Origin: Escherichia phage FEC14
Reading direction: 5' to 3' (one strand)
Sequence record: MG383452
DNA: 64,000 nucleotides
Shown here in pieces: positions 37,167 to 46,739 of the stretch. Position 1 is the stretch's first letter. Each line of letters starts with the position of its first letter. The translations under genes were made by a program, and so were the position numbers. Below the pieces are notes generated by a model, which was not told the origin of the DNA, made no database searches, and saw only the letters and a program-made list of their open reading frames with translations.

Positions 37167-38212
37167 ACTGCACCTTCCAAGAACTTGGGATCAACGATCT
37201 TGCGGTCAATCGGAGAATGGGCGAGCGCGATGTTCAAACCATGATCCTGAATCAGGTTCATGTTGATGAGCTTGTCGTTCAGTTTGCAGTACAGGCAGTA
37301 CGCCATCTGCACGATCAGGCCGCGATCCGCGCCGTACTCCTTCAGGTGAGCGACAACAGTTTCCCACGGGCTGCCGATATCACAGTGATGAAGCACACCA
37401 GTGAACAGATTGCGGATATGGTTCTGGTTGGTCACGTTCGTGAAGTAGATCATGGAGTTGATGAAACCACCAGTGACTTTTGTGTCTTTGGTGATCTTGC
37501 CAAGCTGCTTCTGGCTGACTTCATTGTTGTAGTAATGAAGATTGTTAGAGAATAGCTTGTACTGACCGACATCAACATCTAACACCTGAGCAATCACTTC
37601 CTGAAGAATAGAGAACTCAATGAAGTTGATTGAACTCATCCCCCACAGAACATCCTGTGAGCGGTTGATGACCGTCAGGTTCAGACGACCTTCAACGATG
37701 GCGAACAACAGAGCCAGGTTACACACCATGTCCTTAGTCTTTGCTTCGCCGCTCTCGCTGAACTTCGCCAGACCAGCATCCGAATCTAGAGCCGGATCAT
37801 AGATGGTGAGGTACGCTTGACGAGTATTTGGGTTCTTGCGTAGGCGGTTGATAACGCTATCCAGCTGGCCATGGGCGTACAGACGCGGACCATAAGCGGC
37901 TCGCCATGTATGGCCATTATCAGAGAAGTTGGCGGCGCGAGGGAGGACACGGGACAAGAAGCGCACATCATCGCGCCCAGACAGAACCCAGAAGGTCTCG
38001 CCGATGGCAGCAATAGCCGATGAGTTGCGTCCTTCAACAGACAGCCAACGGTCGCGGATGTCAGAGACGGTGATCGTCACGCCATCAATAAAACGAGTGC
38101 CGTCTGTGTTGATCTCCGCGTTACCAGGGTCAGATTCAATCCCGTGCTCACGGATAGCCAAGACAGCCTGTTTCAGCATGTCGTTGTTGTTAATTGCTTT
38201 GATTTCCATCAA
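37163..38212 (-). CDS. thymidylate synthase-family enzyme (ThyA-like or pyrimidine hydroxymethylase) with C-terminal extension
   Basis: TS-fold motifs 'AYGPRLYAHG', 'NPNTRQAYLTIYDP', Cys-containing 'DMVCNLALLF', 'LTVINRSQDVLWGMSSINF'; 349 aa, longer than ThyA (~264-286) or T4 gp42 (246). Confidence 0.65.
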   Translation of the reverse strand: MMEIKAINNNDMLKQAVLAIREHGIESDPGNAEINTDGTRFIDGVTITVSDIRDRWLSVEGRNSSAIAAIGETFWVLSGRDDVRFLSRVLPRAANFSDNGHTWRAAYGPRLYAHGQLDSVINRLRKNPNTRQAYLTIYDPALDSDAGLAKFSESGEAKTKDMVCNLALLFAIVEGRLNLTVINRSQDVLWGMSSINFIEFSILQEVIAQVLDVDVGQYKLFSNNLHYYNNEVSQKQLGKITKDTKVTGGFINSMIYFTNVTNQNHIRNLFTGVLHHCDIGSPWETVVAHLKEYGADRGLIVQMAYCLYCKLNDKLINMNLIQDHGLNIALAHSPIDRKIVDPKFLEGAV

Positions 38213-38883
38213 TAAATACTCCCAAAATCACGATTGAGAAACGCAAAAACAGCCTGCTCTACAGTCAGGCCATCGGACTTCATCATACCTGCGGGAACGG
38301 TAGGGAACAAGCCTTTATGCCGTTGACGATGATCATGAACTCTCTCCCACTTCTCGACCACCAGACTTTCATTGAAGTCTGCGCCACCGTTACGCGATTT
38401 GACACGGGCAATACAGGTTTCAAGAGGGGTATCCATAAAGAGGACGACCAATTCACGTGGTGGGCGTGTCAGGCGGGGAATCCAAGAACTCAATAATGTA
38501 GACGGAATGATGCCTTCGAAAATCACATCATATTTCAGGTATTCTGGTTGGTCAGCAATAGACAACGCGAACAACATCTGCTCAGTATCCTTCAGAGAAT
38601 CAACCCCTTTGGACTTAGACTTGTCATATTTACCGACACAGACAATATTGTAAGATGGACAAACCGTGAGCATGATCTTACTGTTATGGGTTACGACATA
38701 CGCCTGAGGATCATTCTCCGCCAAATAAGAGGGCACAGTAGACTTACCACTACCATTGGAGCCTTTAATGTAATACAACTCTCCTCGTGCCGAATATTCC
38801 CCTTCTACAGTAGGTGGTTTGACAAACAAATGCACAGGGCGCTTCAACAGCCCTTTGAGCGAATAAGACATGACATGCTCCAA
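38209..38883 (-). CDS. P-loop kinase-like protein
   Basis: Walker A 'GSNGSGKST'; 4-nt overlap with the TS-family gene. Confidence 0.5.
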   Translation of the reverse strand: MEHVMSYSLKGLLKRPVHLFVKPPTVEGEYSARGELYYIKGSNGSGKSTVPSYLAENDPQAYVVTHNSKIMLTVCPSYNIVCVGKYDKSKSKGVDSLKDTEQMLFALSIADQPEYLKYDVIFEGIIPSTLLSSWIPRLTRPPRELVVLFMDTPLETCIARVKSRNGGADFNESLVVEKWERVHDHRQRHKGLFPTVPAGMMKSDGLTVEQAVFAFLNRDFGSIY

Positions 38884-38943
38884 TAAACAAAAGGAGCTGC
38901 TATTATAGCAGCCCCTTTATCTATTGAACGCTTCTGAATTAAA

Positions 38944-39903
38944 TTACGCAGCAGCTTTCGCTTCGGCCAACGCCTGAGGCAACCATTCATTGATTGCTTT
39001 CACCAGAGATTCGGCATCAGTTTCTTTGATTTTCTGGCGTTTGGTGAATGATTTACCATTCACATACAGACTGAACCCCCAGCCGCCGGAAACGATCGGC
39101 GCCAGATCAACATAAGTATTGGTGCGGGCGTGTGGATTGGCTTCATCTGCCAGTTCGGTAACAGGGAACTGGAACCAGCGCATATCCGGATTCACATAGC
39201 TCAAATAAACCCCAGGCACAACCCCTGATTCAACCGCAGCCAGGATAGGACCATAATTGGATGCGCGAGCCGCTTCAACCATTTCTTCACGCTTGTTATG
39301 ACGACGCTTGCGTTCTTCGGTAGAAGATGCAGGGCGCATTTCAGAAGATTTCTTGGCCAGAACCGCCTTCGCGTTCGCTAAAGCCTGATCATCCTTCGGA
39401 TTTTCAACGTCGGCGATTGCTTCAGCAACGGTTGTGCCCAGCATACGACGGCGAACTTCTTCAGCACGGGCTTGCGCTTCTTCGTCAAGAACTTCTTCGC
39501 CTTCAACTACCAGGGAAATGGAACCGTCTTTGTTGACTTCAAGAGAACCGTCTTCGACGGTCTGGGAATTTTGATCACCGACAGGTTGCCCAACCGTTTC
39601 TTCGGCGTCAATCACCGGATTTGATTCACCGTCGCCCTGTTTAACCCCCGCATCTTCGGTCGGTTTAACTTTTTCGGCTTCAGCGCGGTCAAGAGCTTCG
39701 AGAGTCTCTTCTTTCTCTTCCTGGCTCAGACCTTCGATGAGTTCAAAGCCATTGGCTGACTGGAGGACGCCTTCCATCATACGGCGTAACGTGACGTTGC
39801 CGATGATAAGGTCTGCACCTTTGATTTCTGCTTGAAGATCAGCAGCGGTTTTACCATCAATTTCAAATTTCAGGCCGGACTCGATATGAAGAATATAGGA
39901 CAT
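38944..39903 (-). CDS. hypothetical acidic protein
   Basis: 319-aa ORF with a long Glu/Asp-rich central region; early-type promoter upstream. Confidence 0.55.
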   Translation of the reverse strand: MSYILHIESGLKFEIDGKTAADLQAEIKGADLIIGNVTLRRMMEGVLQSANGFELIEGLSQEEKEETLEALDRAEAEKVKPTEDAGVKQGDGESNPVIDAEETVGQPVGDQNSQTVEDGSLEVNKDGSISLVVEGEEVLDEEAQARAEEVRRRMLGTTVAEAIADVENPKDDQALANAKAVLAKKSSEMRPASSTEERKRRHNKREEMVEAARASNYGPILAAVESGVVPGVYLSYVNPDMRWFQFPVTELADEANPHARTNTYVDLAPIVSGGWGFSLYVNGKSFTKRQKIKETDAESLVKAINEWLPQALAEAKAAA

Positions 39904-39964
39904 AATAAAAACCCTTTTGTGTAGTAACCTTCTTTGGCAGTTTAATGTTCAACTGTGCGTCTGG

Positions 39965-40000
39965 AACATTAATATACTGCCTTTTTAGAAGATGTAAACC
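39965..40000 (-). promoter_or_regulatory. putative T4-early-type promoter (coordinates approximate)
   Basis: Minus strand reads 'GTTTACA', 16-17 nt, 'TATATT', preceded by A/T-rich 'ttcaataaaaa'. Confidence 0.45.
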
Positions 40001-40076
40001 ACTTTTTATTGAAAAGTTGGTTAACACTTCTGTGTTAGACAACGGAACGCTGTATCAGCGCGGACTGGCGTGAATA

Positions 40077-40364
40077 TTAACTTTGTATATCAATATTGAA
40101 AACTGTTTCAGGTGGCCACATGGCAGACAACTCGATTTGTGTGAATTTGGGTTGAACATACTGGTCCAAAACTTCGTCCCAGAGAGCATGTTCTATGTTG
40201 GCAATCAACAATTCGTCGTCCACTATTTCGACGGAATGAACCACTATCCGGTGGTCATAAGTCAAAGCATCGCTCACATGATCATTTTCTGCTCTCAGGT
40301 GCTGCATTATGAAATATTCGATTACAGATTCCAGTACCGTGTTCAGGCGAACATATTTCTTCAT
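40077..40364 (-). CDS. hypothetical protein
   Basis: 95-aa ORF. Confidence 0.4.
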   Translation of the reverse strand: MKKYVRLNTVLESVIEYFIMQHLRAENDHVSDALTYDHRIVVHSVEIVDDELLIANIEHALWDEVLDQYVQPKFTQIELSAMWPPETVFNIDIQS

Positions 40365-40381
40365 ACAGCCCCCTGCTTGTG

Positions 40382-41128
40382 CTACAGATAGAAATTAGGG
40401 ATTTCGCCGGATTCACAACCAAACCCGTTAAAATTCTGCTCAACGTGTAAGCGAATTTTATTCACCACTACCTGACGATGCTCTTCTTCCATACAACGTT
40501 CAATCAAAGAATACGCTGTATATGACAGACTGTTGAACAATCTGGAAATAACAAGGCAATTCTCTTCATTGTAAACGACTTCAGTATGGATTGCGAAAGC
40601 GTGGTCTTCGTCGGTAAGAATTTTACAGCCTTTGACCACAAATGGTTTTTCAAAGAAATCACGAGCTGAATCAGTGCCAGATTCTGGCATTAAACGGAAA
40701 TCGCCTTCTTCGCCGAAAACCGCTTTCAGATTTTCTTTACTGAATTCCGCTTCCATCTGTATACGTTTGTCGGCAAGATATTTCGCCGCAAAGTAGAATT
40801 TACCCACTGCATCATTAGCAGCGCGGCGGTTCGTAGCGGCTTGGGTATAACCAGAAACGAAGTCTTCAATGAATTCCAATGCTTCTGGTTTGCCAAAACG
40901 AATTTCGTCGCCCAGATCCAAGCTGGCTTCGGAATCAAGTTCAATACCCATAACCTTAAGAAGATCCGTTTCATTCAGCCTGTGCTGATTAAACAATTGT
41001 TCCTTGGAATATCCCAACTGGCTACCGAGTTCATATCCGGTTTTACCACCCGAATCTTTATGGGTGCGATCATATCGAACGCAATTAGAACTGAATTCAA
41101 TACCAAAAATACGATGTAGCTGTGACAT
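40382..41128 (-). CDS. hypothetical protein
   Basis: 248-aa ORF. Confidence 0.5.
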   Translation of the reverse strand: MSQLHRIFGIEFSSNCVRYDRTHKDSGGKTGYELGSQLGYSKEQLFNQHRLNETDLLKVMGIELDSEASLDLGDEIRFGKPEALEFIEDFVSGYTQAATNRRAANDAVGKFYFAAKYLADKRIQMEAEFSKENLKAVFGEEGDFRLMPESGTDSARDFFEKPFVVKGCKILTDEDHAFAIHTEVVYNEENCLVISRLFNSLSYTAYSLIERCMEEEHRQVVVNKIRLHVEQNFNGFGCESGEIPNFYL

Positions 41129-41189
41129 ATCATAACCTCATGTTTATAGAAAGCCGTTCGCGAATTATCACGTAGAACGGCTTTTAGAA

Positions 41190-41894
41190 CTAACCATTTT
41201 TGTGTTTACGACGTGCGTCCTTCCAAACAGACATCTGACTCTGTTTCTGGAATCGAGCAGTACGCATAAACAAAACGACCTCCCAATATTGCGGTTCAAT
41301 TTCATAAAGTTGTGAACGAAATTGATCTGCGCGGTATAATTTGACACAATGATTGTACAAAGGGTGATTCGCAAACCGCTTTAGCGCATCCCAGGTAAGT
41401 CTCAAACGTGTTTTAGAACGATATGCCCGTTCATTTCTCAATTTAATGAGATCTTCAAATACCAACAATCTGAGTTTAGGCGGTAAATAATGGAGGTTTA
41501 GGCCATAAAGATAGGTCACACCACGTTCACCGAATTTCACCCCATCCCCCTTCACAAAATTGAAGAAGAACACCAGAGGATACATATCCCAATACGGGAG
41601 TTCATCTTTAGTCAGCGCATCATATTTGAAATAATACATGCGACCAACAATATAACGCACACCCTGAACAGGACGTTTATTTTCAGCGAATGCTTTCATC
41701 ATGTGATTCGGAGATAAGTTAGCATCTTTCGACACGCGCTCCATAAACCACACATGAGAACGACGGATATTACGCTTCGCTTCCGGCCCAAAATGTTGAC
41801 GATATTTGCGGATGTAACGCTTGACCAGTTCTGGGGCGTCCATCTCGGCGGGAAGCAACAACGGGTCTTCTTCACCCATAGCGTTCTTAGCCAT
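41190..41894 (-). CDS. hypothetical protein
   Basis: 234-aa ORF. Confidence 0.5.
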   Translation of the reverse strand: MAKNAMGEEDPLLLPAEMDAPELVKRYIRKYRQHFGPEAKRNIRRSHVWFMERVSKDANLSPNHMMKAFAENKRPVQGVRYIVGRMYYFKYDALTKDELPYWDMYPLVFFFNFVKGDGVKFGERGVTYLYGLNLHYLPPKLRLLVFEDLIKLRNERAYRSKTRLRLTWDALKRFANHPLYNHCVKLYRADQFRSQLYEIEPQYWEVVLFMRTARFQKQSQMSVWKDARRKHKNG

Positions 41895-41906
41895 TTGTCA
41901 ACTCCT

Positions 41907-41914
41907 TATAAATA
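41907..41914 (+). promoter_or_regulatory. T4-type late promoter box TATAAATA
   Basis: Exact 'tataaata' about 35 nt upstream of the 41949 start. Confidence 0.45.
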
Positions 41915-41948
41915 TCAACAGATATATTATTTAAATGGAGTCCTCATC

Positions 41949-42893
41949 GTGGAAGACTATCGCAATTTTCTAACGCAACTGCTTCAACGGGGTATTTCCC
42001 GCAAGAACAGATTTCGTGTTACAATTCCGTTGCCGCCTGGGATATTTGATTCCAATGCAACACTAGCAAATGATGGGAACGCGTATCCTTCATCTTCATC
42101 ATTTGGGGATCTGTTCAAACAAAGCGCCCGTATTGTAAACGCATTCTTTGGAGGGACAAACCAAACATCTCGTTCCCTGCAAATGATGTGTATGGTCGCA
42201 TCTTTACCTGGTACAGGGATTGACACTACTCCCATGACCAACAACGGCAACCACATTAAAATGCCGAACAACAAGACGAACATTGATCTGGAGTTGTCGT
42301 TCCTCCTCGCCAACGATTATTATGAAAAGTCGGTCATGGACAAATGGAAGAATCTGATATTCGACCCATACACAACCAAGATGGGTTATTATGAAGATTT
42401 CGTGACCGATATTTGTATAGAACAAATGGATACAGAAGATCAGGTTGTTCATCGCGTTTATGTGACTGAGGCTCACCCCATCAACTTCAGTTCTATAGAT
42501 CTGGATAAAAGCGCCGCCGATCAATTTAATCAGTACAACATTTCCTTTTCTTATAACAAAGTATTATCGGAGACTGAATATGAAACGCGCAGCCTCGCCA
42601 GCGATTTTCTTCCTTTGGGTATTACTGATGCTCTTGCTTCCGGAGACTGGGAAACCGCTGCGTCAAAAGCCGGACAGCTGTATAAAAAGATCAAAGAAGG
42701 AAACTTCACAGGTGAAGCCCTGCTGGCTTATAAGCAACTCGATCAGCTTGTAAACAATCTGGCTGGTATCAGCCTGGCTGATTTCGAAAGGATCTCTATC
42801 GGCATCCAGAGGGATATCTTAGGCAATGATAACCTGACGGCGTCTGAGAAGAGTAGTCTGTTGGGATTGTTACAGGATGTTGTCAAAAACTAA
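41949..42893 (+). CDS. hypothetical late protein (GTG start)
   Basis: 'GGAG' SD 8 nt before GTG 41949; the track ORF start (41754) lies inside the opposing gene; late promoter box upstream. Confidence 0.45.
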   Translation: MEDYRNFLTQLLQRGISRKNRFRVTIPLPPGIFDSNATLANDGNAYPSSSSFGDLFKQSARIVNAFFGGTNQTSRSLQMMCMVASLPGTGIDTTPMTNNGNHIKMPNNKTNIDLELSFLLANDYYEKSVMDKWKNLIFDPYTTKMGYYEDFVTDICIEQMDTEDQVVHRVYVTEAHPINFSSIDLDKSAADQFNQYNISFSYNKVLSETEYETRSLASDFLPLGITDALASGDWETAASKAGQLYKKIKEGNFTGEALLAYKQLDQLVNNLAGISLADFERISIGIQRDILGNDNLTASEKSSLLGLLQDVVKN

Positions 42894-42912
42894 AAAGCCC
42901 CCGAAGGGGCTT
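42893..42912. terminator. bidirectional rho-independent terminator between convergent genes
   Basis: 'aaagcccccgaaggggcttt' between the 42893 stop (+) and the 42921 stop (-). Confidence 0.6.
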
Positions 42913-42920
42913 TAGCGAAA

Positions 42921-43952
42921 TTAGTCTTGCTTCAGGAACTGCTCGAACTCATCAATGGAAGCCGTCTGTTTCGCATCGGCACCACCATTATTGGCTGGAA
43001 CAGATTGCTGTGCATTAGAAGGCTGAGATTGTTGTTGGTTCAGACTTTCCTGCGCTGTTGGGCGCTGTGGTTCCTGAGACTGGGTAGGCGCATGTGCCAT
43101 AGTAGAAGCACCACCTTCAACCAGAGGCTGATTATCAGGGATGGCCAGAACTTTGCGCAAACGTTTTTCCAGATCTTCGTACGATTTGAAGTTGGCCGGA
43201 TTAAAGAACTCAAACAAGCTGTGCTCTTTTTCCCAGATCTCTTCAATGTATTCGTCTGTCCCCAAAGGTGCCGGAGTATCCCACTTCACATTGGTGAAGT
43301 TGGCCACCAGGCCTTTCCAGTTTCCGAACTCTTTCTCTTCGCCGTACAGATTCAGAATCAGATTCGCGCCTTCCCACATATCGAACGGGTCGAATTTCGG
43401 GTCAGTTGAGAACTTAGGATTCTGAGCCGAATCCAGGATTTTCTTGACGGCATTACCGAACTCAAGCAAGAAGACCTTGCCGTTGTTTTCCGGATTGTTG
43501 CCATCTTTGATCACCAGGATGTTGGCGTAGTATTTGGTGTCCGGCAGACGTTTTTTGAGAACTGTTTTCAGCTTTTCATCATTCGTTTCTTTCTGTTGTG
43601 CCCACAGAGGACGGTCATGGTCACGAACAGGATCATCGTTACCGAAAGTCTGAGGAGAGTTTTCGATATACCAACCACCAGCACCCTGGAATGCGTGTTT
43701 CATGATCATGGCACACGGAGTTAACACAGCATCTTCAGGGATGGTGCCTTCTTCTTTAGCCTTCATGTCCACCAAAGGGATCGACAGGAAACGAATGATG
43801 TTTTCAGAAGTACCCTTATCATTCCAGGTCCACTTCCAGATGCGTGGGTCACGACCGCCACCAACACGCTGGCCTTGCTGAGCGAGTCGCTGTTGCATAG
43901 CTTCGGCTTGTTGGCCACGAGATTGTTTAAGACGATCAAATAAATTACCCAT
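42921..43952 (-). CDS. single-stranded DNA-binding protein (gp32-like)
   Basis: 'IIRFL', 'YANILVIKDGNNPENNGKVFLLEFG' and 'WEGANLILNL' parallel T4 gp32; acidic/Gln-rich C-terminus. Confidence 0.8.
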   Translation of the reverse strand: MGNLFDRLKQSRGQQAEAMQQRLAQQGQRVGGGRDPRIWKWTWNDKGTSENIIRFLSIPLVDMKAKEEGTIPEDAVLTPCAMIMKHAFQGAGGWYIENSPQTFGNDDPVRDHDRPLWAQQKETNDEKLKTVLKKRLPDTKYYANILVIKDGNNPENNGKVFLLEFGNAVKKILDSAQNPKFSTDPKFDPFDMWEGANLILNLYGEEKEFGNWKGLVANFTNVKWDTPAPLGTDEYIEEIWEKEHSLFEFFNPANFKSYEDLEKRLRKVLAIPDNQPLVEGGASTMAHAPTQSQEPQRPTAQESLNQQQSQPSNAQQSVPANNGGADAKQTASIDEFEQFLKQD

Positions 43953-44048
43953 TTTAATATTCCTCTATAATCCGCCCCTTCGGGCTATTCTGTAAATGTA
44001 TTTGTCAATTATTCCGACGGTGTAATTATACTGCGTTTTGCTATTGAG

Positions 44049-44288
44049 TTAACCCGCAATCATTTGTTTTGCTGGGTCTATTTCAATAATGTCGTACACA
44101 TCCGAGAAGGTTTTGTGTCCTTCCAAGAATGTATGGTATTCGATGACATAGGATTTACCTTCCGGCGTCGTGTAACGTACACGATCCATATCATCAGCAT
44201 GTTCATTGAGGCTACCGTGACGCCAGCGGATAGAACCTGGCAGATACTCTTGCGCCTTCAACATTTTATAGATTTGCTCTTTGCTCAT
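44049..44288 (-). CDS. hypothetical protein
   Basis: 79-aa ORF. Confidence 0.45.
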   Translation of the reverse strand: MSKEQIYKMLKAQEYLPGSIRWRHGSLNEHADDMDRVRYTTPEGKSYVIEYHTFLEGHKTFSDVYDIIEIDPAKQMIAG

Positions 44289-44297
44289 GTTACAACC

Positions 44298-44540
44298 TTA
44301 AATGAGTTTTTTAGATTTCAATTCACCCTTCAACAACCGAGCATCAGAACATTCAGCTGTTAGCCTTGACAGAAGAGGAGGCGTGATCAATTTTTTGACC
44401 TTTGCTTCTTCGATGTCATACTCTTCACAAACACTGGCCATCGTTTCAAGGATTGATTCCTTGCGTTGGCTTGCTCTCATCAACACCAATTCGGAAAAAG
44501 AATCTGGTGTGAGCACTTGTGCTATTTGTTGATCAGACAT
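44298..44540 (-). CDS. hypothetical protein
   Basis: Internal ATG (MSDQQIAQ...) chosen to give an 8-nt overlap with the FmdB-like gene. Confidence 0.4.
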   Translation of the reverse strand: MSDQQIAQVLTPDSFSELVLMRASQRKESILETMASVCEEYDIEEAKVKKLITPPLLSRLTAECSDARLLKGELKSKKLI

Positions 44541-44778
44541 CGATTGTATTCCCCTTCCCTGATTGCTTCTTAATATGACGCAAAACGTCTTTGAAGCCAT
44601 CAGGCGCGGACTGAGGACCACGAACACCAGATACGATCTTTGGTGCTCCGATAATCATTTTTATTTCGCCGCCACATTCAGAACATGGCTCTAATTCAGG
44701 CGTGTGACGTTCAGCACAAGATTTTCGAGCACTAAACGAATTTCCACAACCTGTACAGGCATAATCATAAAACGGCAT
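44533..44778 (-). CDS. FmdB-family zinc-ribbon protein
   Basis: 'MPFYDYACTGCGNSF...CSECGG' matches the FmdB 'MPxYxYxCxxCG' pattern; 'GGAGG' SD. Confidence 0.6.
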   Translation of the reverse strand: MPFYDYACTGCGNSFSARKSCAERHTPELEPCSECGGEIKMIIGAPKIVSGVRGPQSAPDGFKDVLRHIKKQSGKGNTIDV

Positions 44779-45061
44779 GAATCGCCTCCAATACGTGTCG
44801 TAGAAATATAATAACTGCTCCCACCAGCGTAGAAAACAGGACAATCCTGCTTGCTTTATCACGCAGCAAAACATATTCGGCCAACATATCAGATTGATTT
44901 GCAGCTCTTACATTGACGTCACTATGTGGTGAAACCGCATAGAAAGATACCATGGCACTTAATGAATGAAGGAATGTCAAGAATCCCTTAATCCAAACAA
45001 ACGCCGTCATCAACAGCAAGGCGAAAAGCAGTATATCTGCCAGCAGCCAGTAGTTAATCAT
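44765..45061 (-). CDS. membrane protein
   Basis: 98 aa with 2-3 hydrophobic helices. Confidence 0.4.
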   Translation of the reverse strand: MINYWLLADILLFALLLMTAFVWIKGFLTFLHSLSAMVSFYAVSPHSDVNVRAANQSDMLAEYVLLRDKASRIVLFSTLVGAVIIFLRHVLEAIHAVL

Positions 45062-45665
45062 TTCTTACACCTCTATTGAAATCAGGATAATTTTCTATGA
45101 AGTAAGGACCAGAAACCATATTTGCAAACGAATCCACGAGGTCATCGATTGGCTTTGGATCCTTCACATCCAACATGTCCATTATACCGCGCATCTTAAC
45201 GTTGAACAGCTTCTCAAAGTGATCTATCATGACCAATTTGTCGGCATTTCCTTTACCACAAAAATGTTTCTTAACAAAAGACGGGGTAACAATCTGAAAT
45301 TCCATATTGTTACGGCGCATCGCTTGTTTCAATAGAGATGTGTTCTCGGCGGTTTGGCATATGTTGTTGGAGTTTTTTGAATTCCCCATAGCATAGCCTT
45401 CTAGGGTGATGAAATCCGGCTTCTCTGTAAGAAGTACGGCTTCAGCCCATTTGGAAATGTTATAAAACCGTTCTTCGGGGGATTCATATTTGGGTTGACG
45501 TAAAATAAGAATATTGTGTCGCACTTGACGACAGTGCTTCTCAACGGTATGATGTGCATAGAAATGAAGATGATCAAAATCCAGAGGATCTTTGTCGTCC
45601 CAGAAGCACATGGCTGGACAGCCGTAAGAATAGTCGATTCCGCAAAATTTCATAAAAATACCCAT
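45054..45665 (-). CDS. RNase H-fold (RuvC/YqgF-like) nuclease (putative)
   Basis: N-terminal 'KFCGIDYSYGCPAMCF' resembles the hGhDxG motif of RuvC-like resolvases. Weak evidence. Confidence 0.3.
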   Translation of the reverse strand: MGIFMKFCGIDYSYGCPAMCFWDDKDPLDFDHLHFYAHHTVEKHCRQVRHNILILRQPKYESPEERFYNISKWAEAVLLTEKPDFITLEGYAMGNSKNSNNICQTAENTSLLKQAMRRNNMEFQIVTPSFVKKHFCGKGNADKLVMIDHFEKLFNVKMRGIMDMLDVKDPKPIDDLVDSFANMVSGPYFIENYPDFNRGVRND

Positions 45666-45702
45666 AACGAAGTTTCATTGTGTTATGGGTATTTAGACCG
45701 GA

Positions 45703-46188
45703 TTATCTGGTGACGATTTTGCTTTCCGGTAAAATCAGGCGAGGTTTGGAGTCCATTTCTTCTTGCATCTGACGTATCTGTTGCAGTAATGCAGAAGTGT
45801 CCACATGACGTTTGATCCCCCGCGCTTCATCACCATATGACACATGGCCGTTGGCGTCCACATAATGCGCGGTGCAAACCATCAAAACATAACCCAACTC
45901 ACCGACGGCAACTGTCAGATCGACCACTTCGGAAGCCAAAGACTCACCATCAACACTGAGATTGGGAGAATAATGGATTTTACCATCAGCCATAAATTCG
46001 CTATTCAGCATAATCATGCCAGCGATCGTTTGTACAACGGGGTTCCCCTGATCATCAGCAACGAAACCGTCGAATGCGCCTTCAAACCCTGGCGCAATTT
46101 CTCCCTTTTCATTTGTGATCACAGCGCGAAGGCGTTGAAGGATGACGTCTTGTACCTGCTGAATATCAGCGCGTTCTACGTTTGGCAT
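45703..46188 (-). CDS. hypothetical protein
   Basis: Internal ATG with 'GGAGAACAATA' upstream selected to avoid a 92-nt overlap with the upstream gene. Confidence 0.4.
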   Translation of the reverse strand: MPNVERADIQQVQDVILQRLRAVITNEKGEIAPGFEGAFDGFVADDQGNPVVQTIAGMIMLNSEFMADGKIHYSPNLSVDGESLASEVVDLTVAVGELGYVLMVCTAHYVDANGHVSYGDEARGIKRHVDTSALLQQIRQMQEEMDSKPRLILPESKIVTR

Positions 46189-46690
46189 TATTGTTCTCCA
46201 GTTCATAATCCCGTTCTTTAACATATTCATAAAGACGAGAAGTAATTCGGTCGGCATTGCCTGTGGTATTCTTCACAACCCAACCGCTCGTAAGGACATC
46301 CATTTTATATCCGTCATCGCTATCTTGAAAATAACTTTTAATTGATTCAAGCCGACGACGTTTATGAAAATATGGTATTAATTCGCCAATGATGACACAC
46401 TCGGGATAATGCTTATCCAGAGTGTTTATGTCTCGTTGTACCCAAACCGGAATAACATCATCCTCTTCAATTGGGCTGTACGTTGGATCAACGATAATCA
46501 CATTGAATCCATAATTCAATAAATCTTTAACTCCCAGCCACCCGAATTTCATATCGGACACGGTCATGGCGACATTCTTTATCCCCAATTTATTTGCAAA
46601 ATCTGTGAGTAATACAAAAAAGTCCGTGTTTGCATCCGGATAATTAATTGCGAGTTGCTCCCCCACTTTACTGAAACAGAACGCGTGCAT
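46166..46690 (-). CDS. hypothetical protein
   Basis: 174-aa ORF. Confidence 0.45.
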   Translation of the reverse strand: MHAFCFSKVGEQLAINYPDANTDFFVLLTDFANKLGIKNVAMTVSDMKFGWLGVKDLLNYGFNVIIVDPTYSPIEEDDVIPVWVQRDINTLDKHYPECVIIGELIPYFHKRRRLESIKSYFQDSDDGYKMDVLTSGWVVKNTTGNADRITSRLYEYVKERDYELENNNAKRRTR

Positions 46691-46703
46691 TTTCAGTCCT
46701 CGT

Positions 46704-46711
46704 TATAAATA
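46704..46711 (+). promoter_or_regulatory. T4-type late promoter box TATAAATA
   Basis: Exact 'tataaata' about 30 nt upstream of ATG 46740. Confidence 0.45.
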
Positions 46712-46739
46712 CAATTACAATATACCGTGGAGATACATT

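Noticed and set aside
41754-41948. 5' extension of the 41949 ORF into the convergent 41190-41894 gene
   Set aside because: It would overlap the opposing CDS by about 140 nt; a GTG with GGAG SD and an upstream TATAAATA box supports the shorter model.
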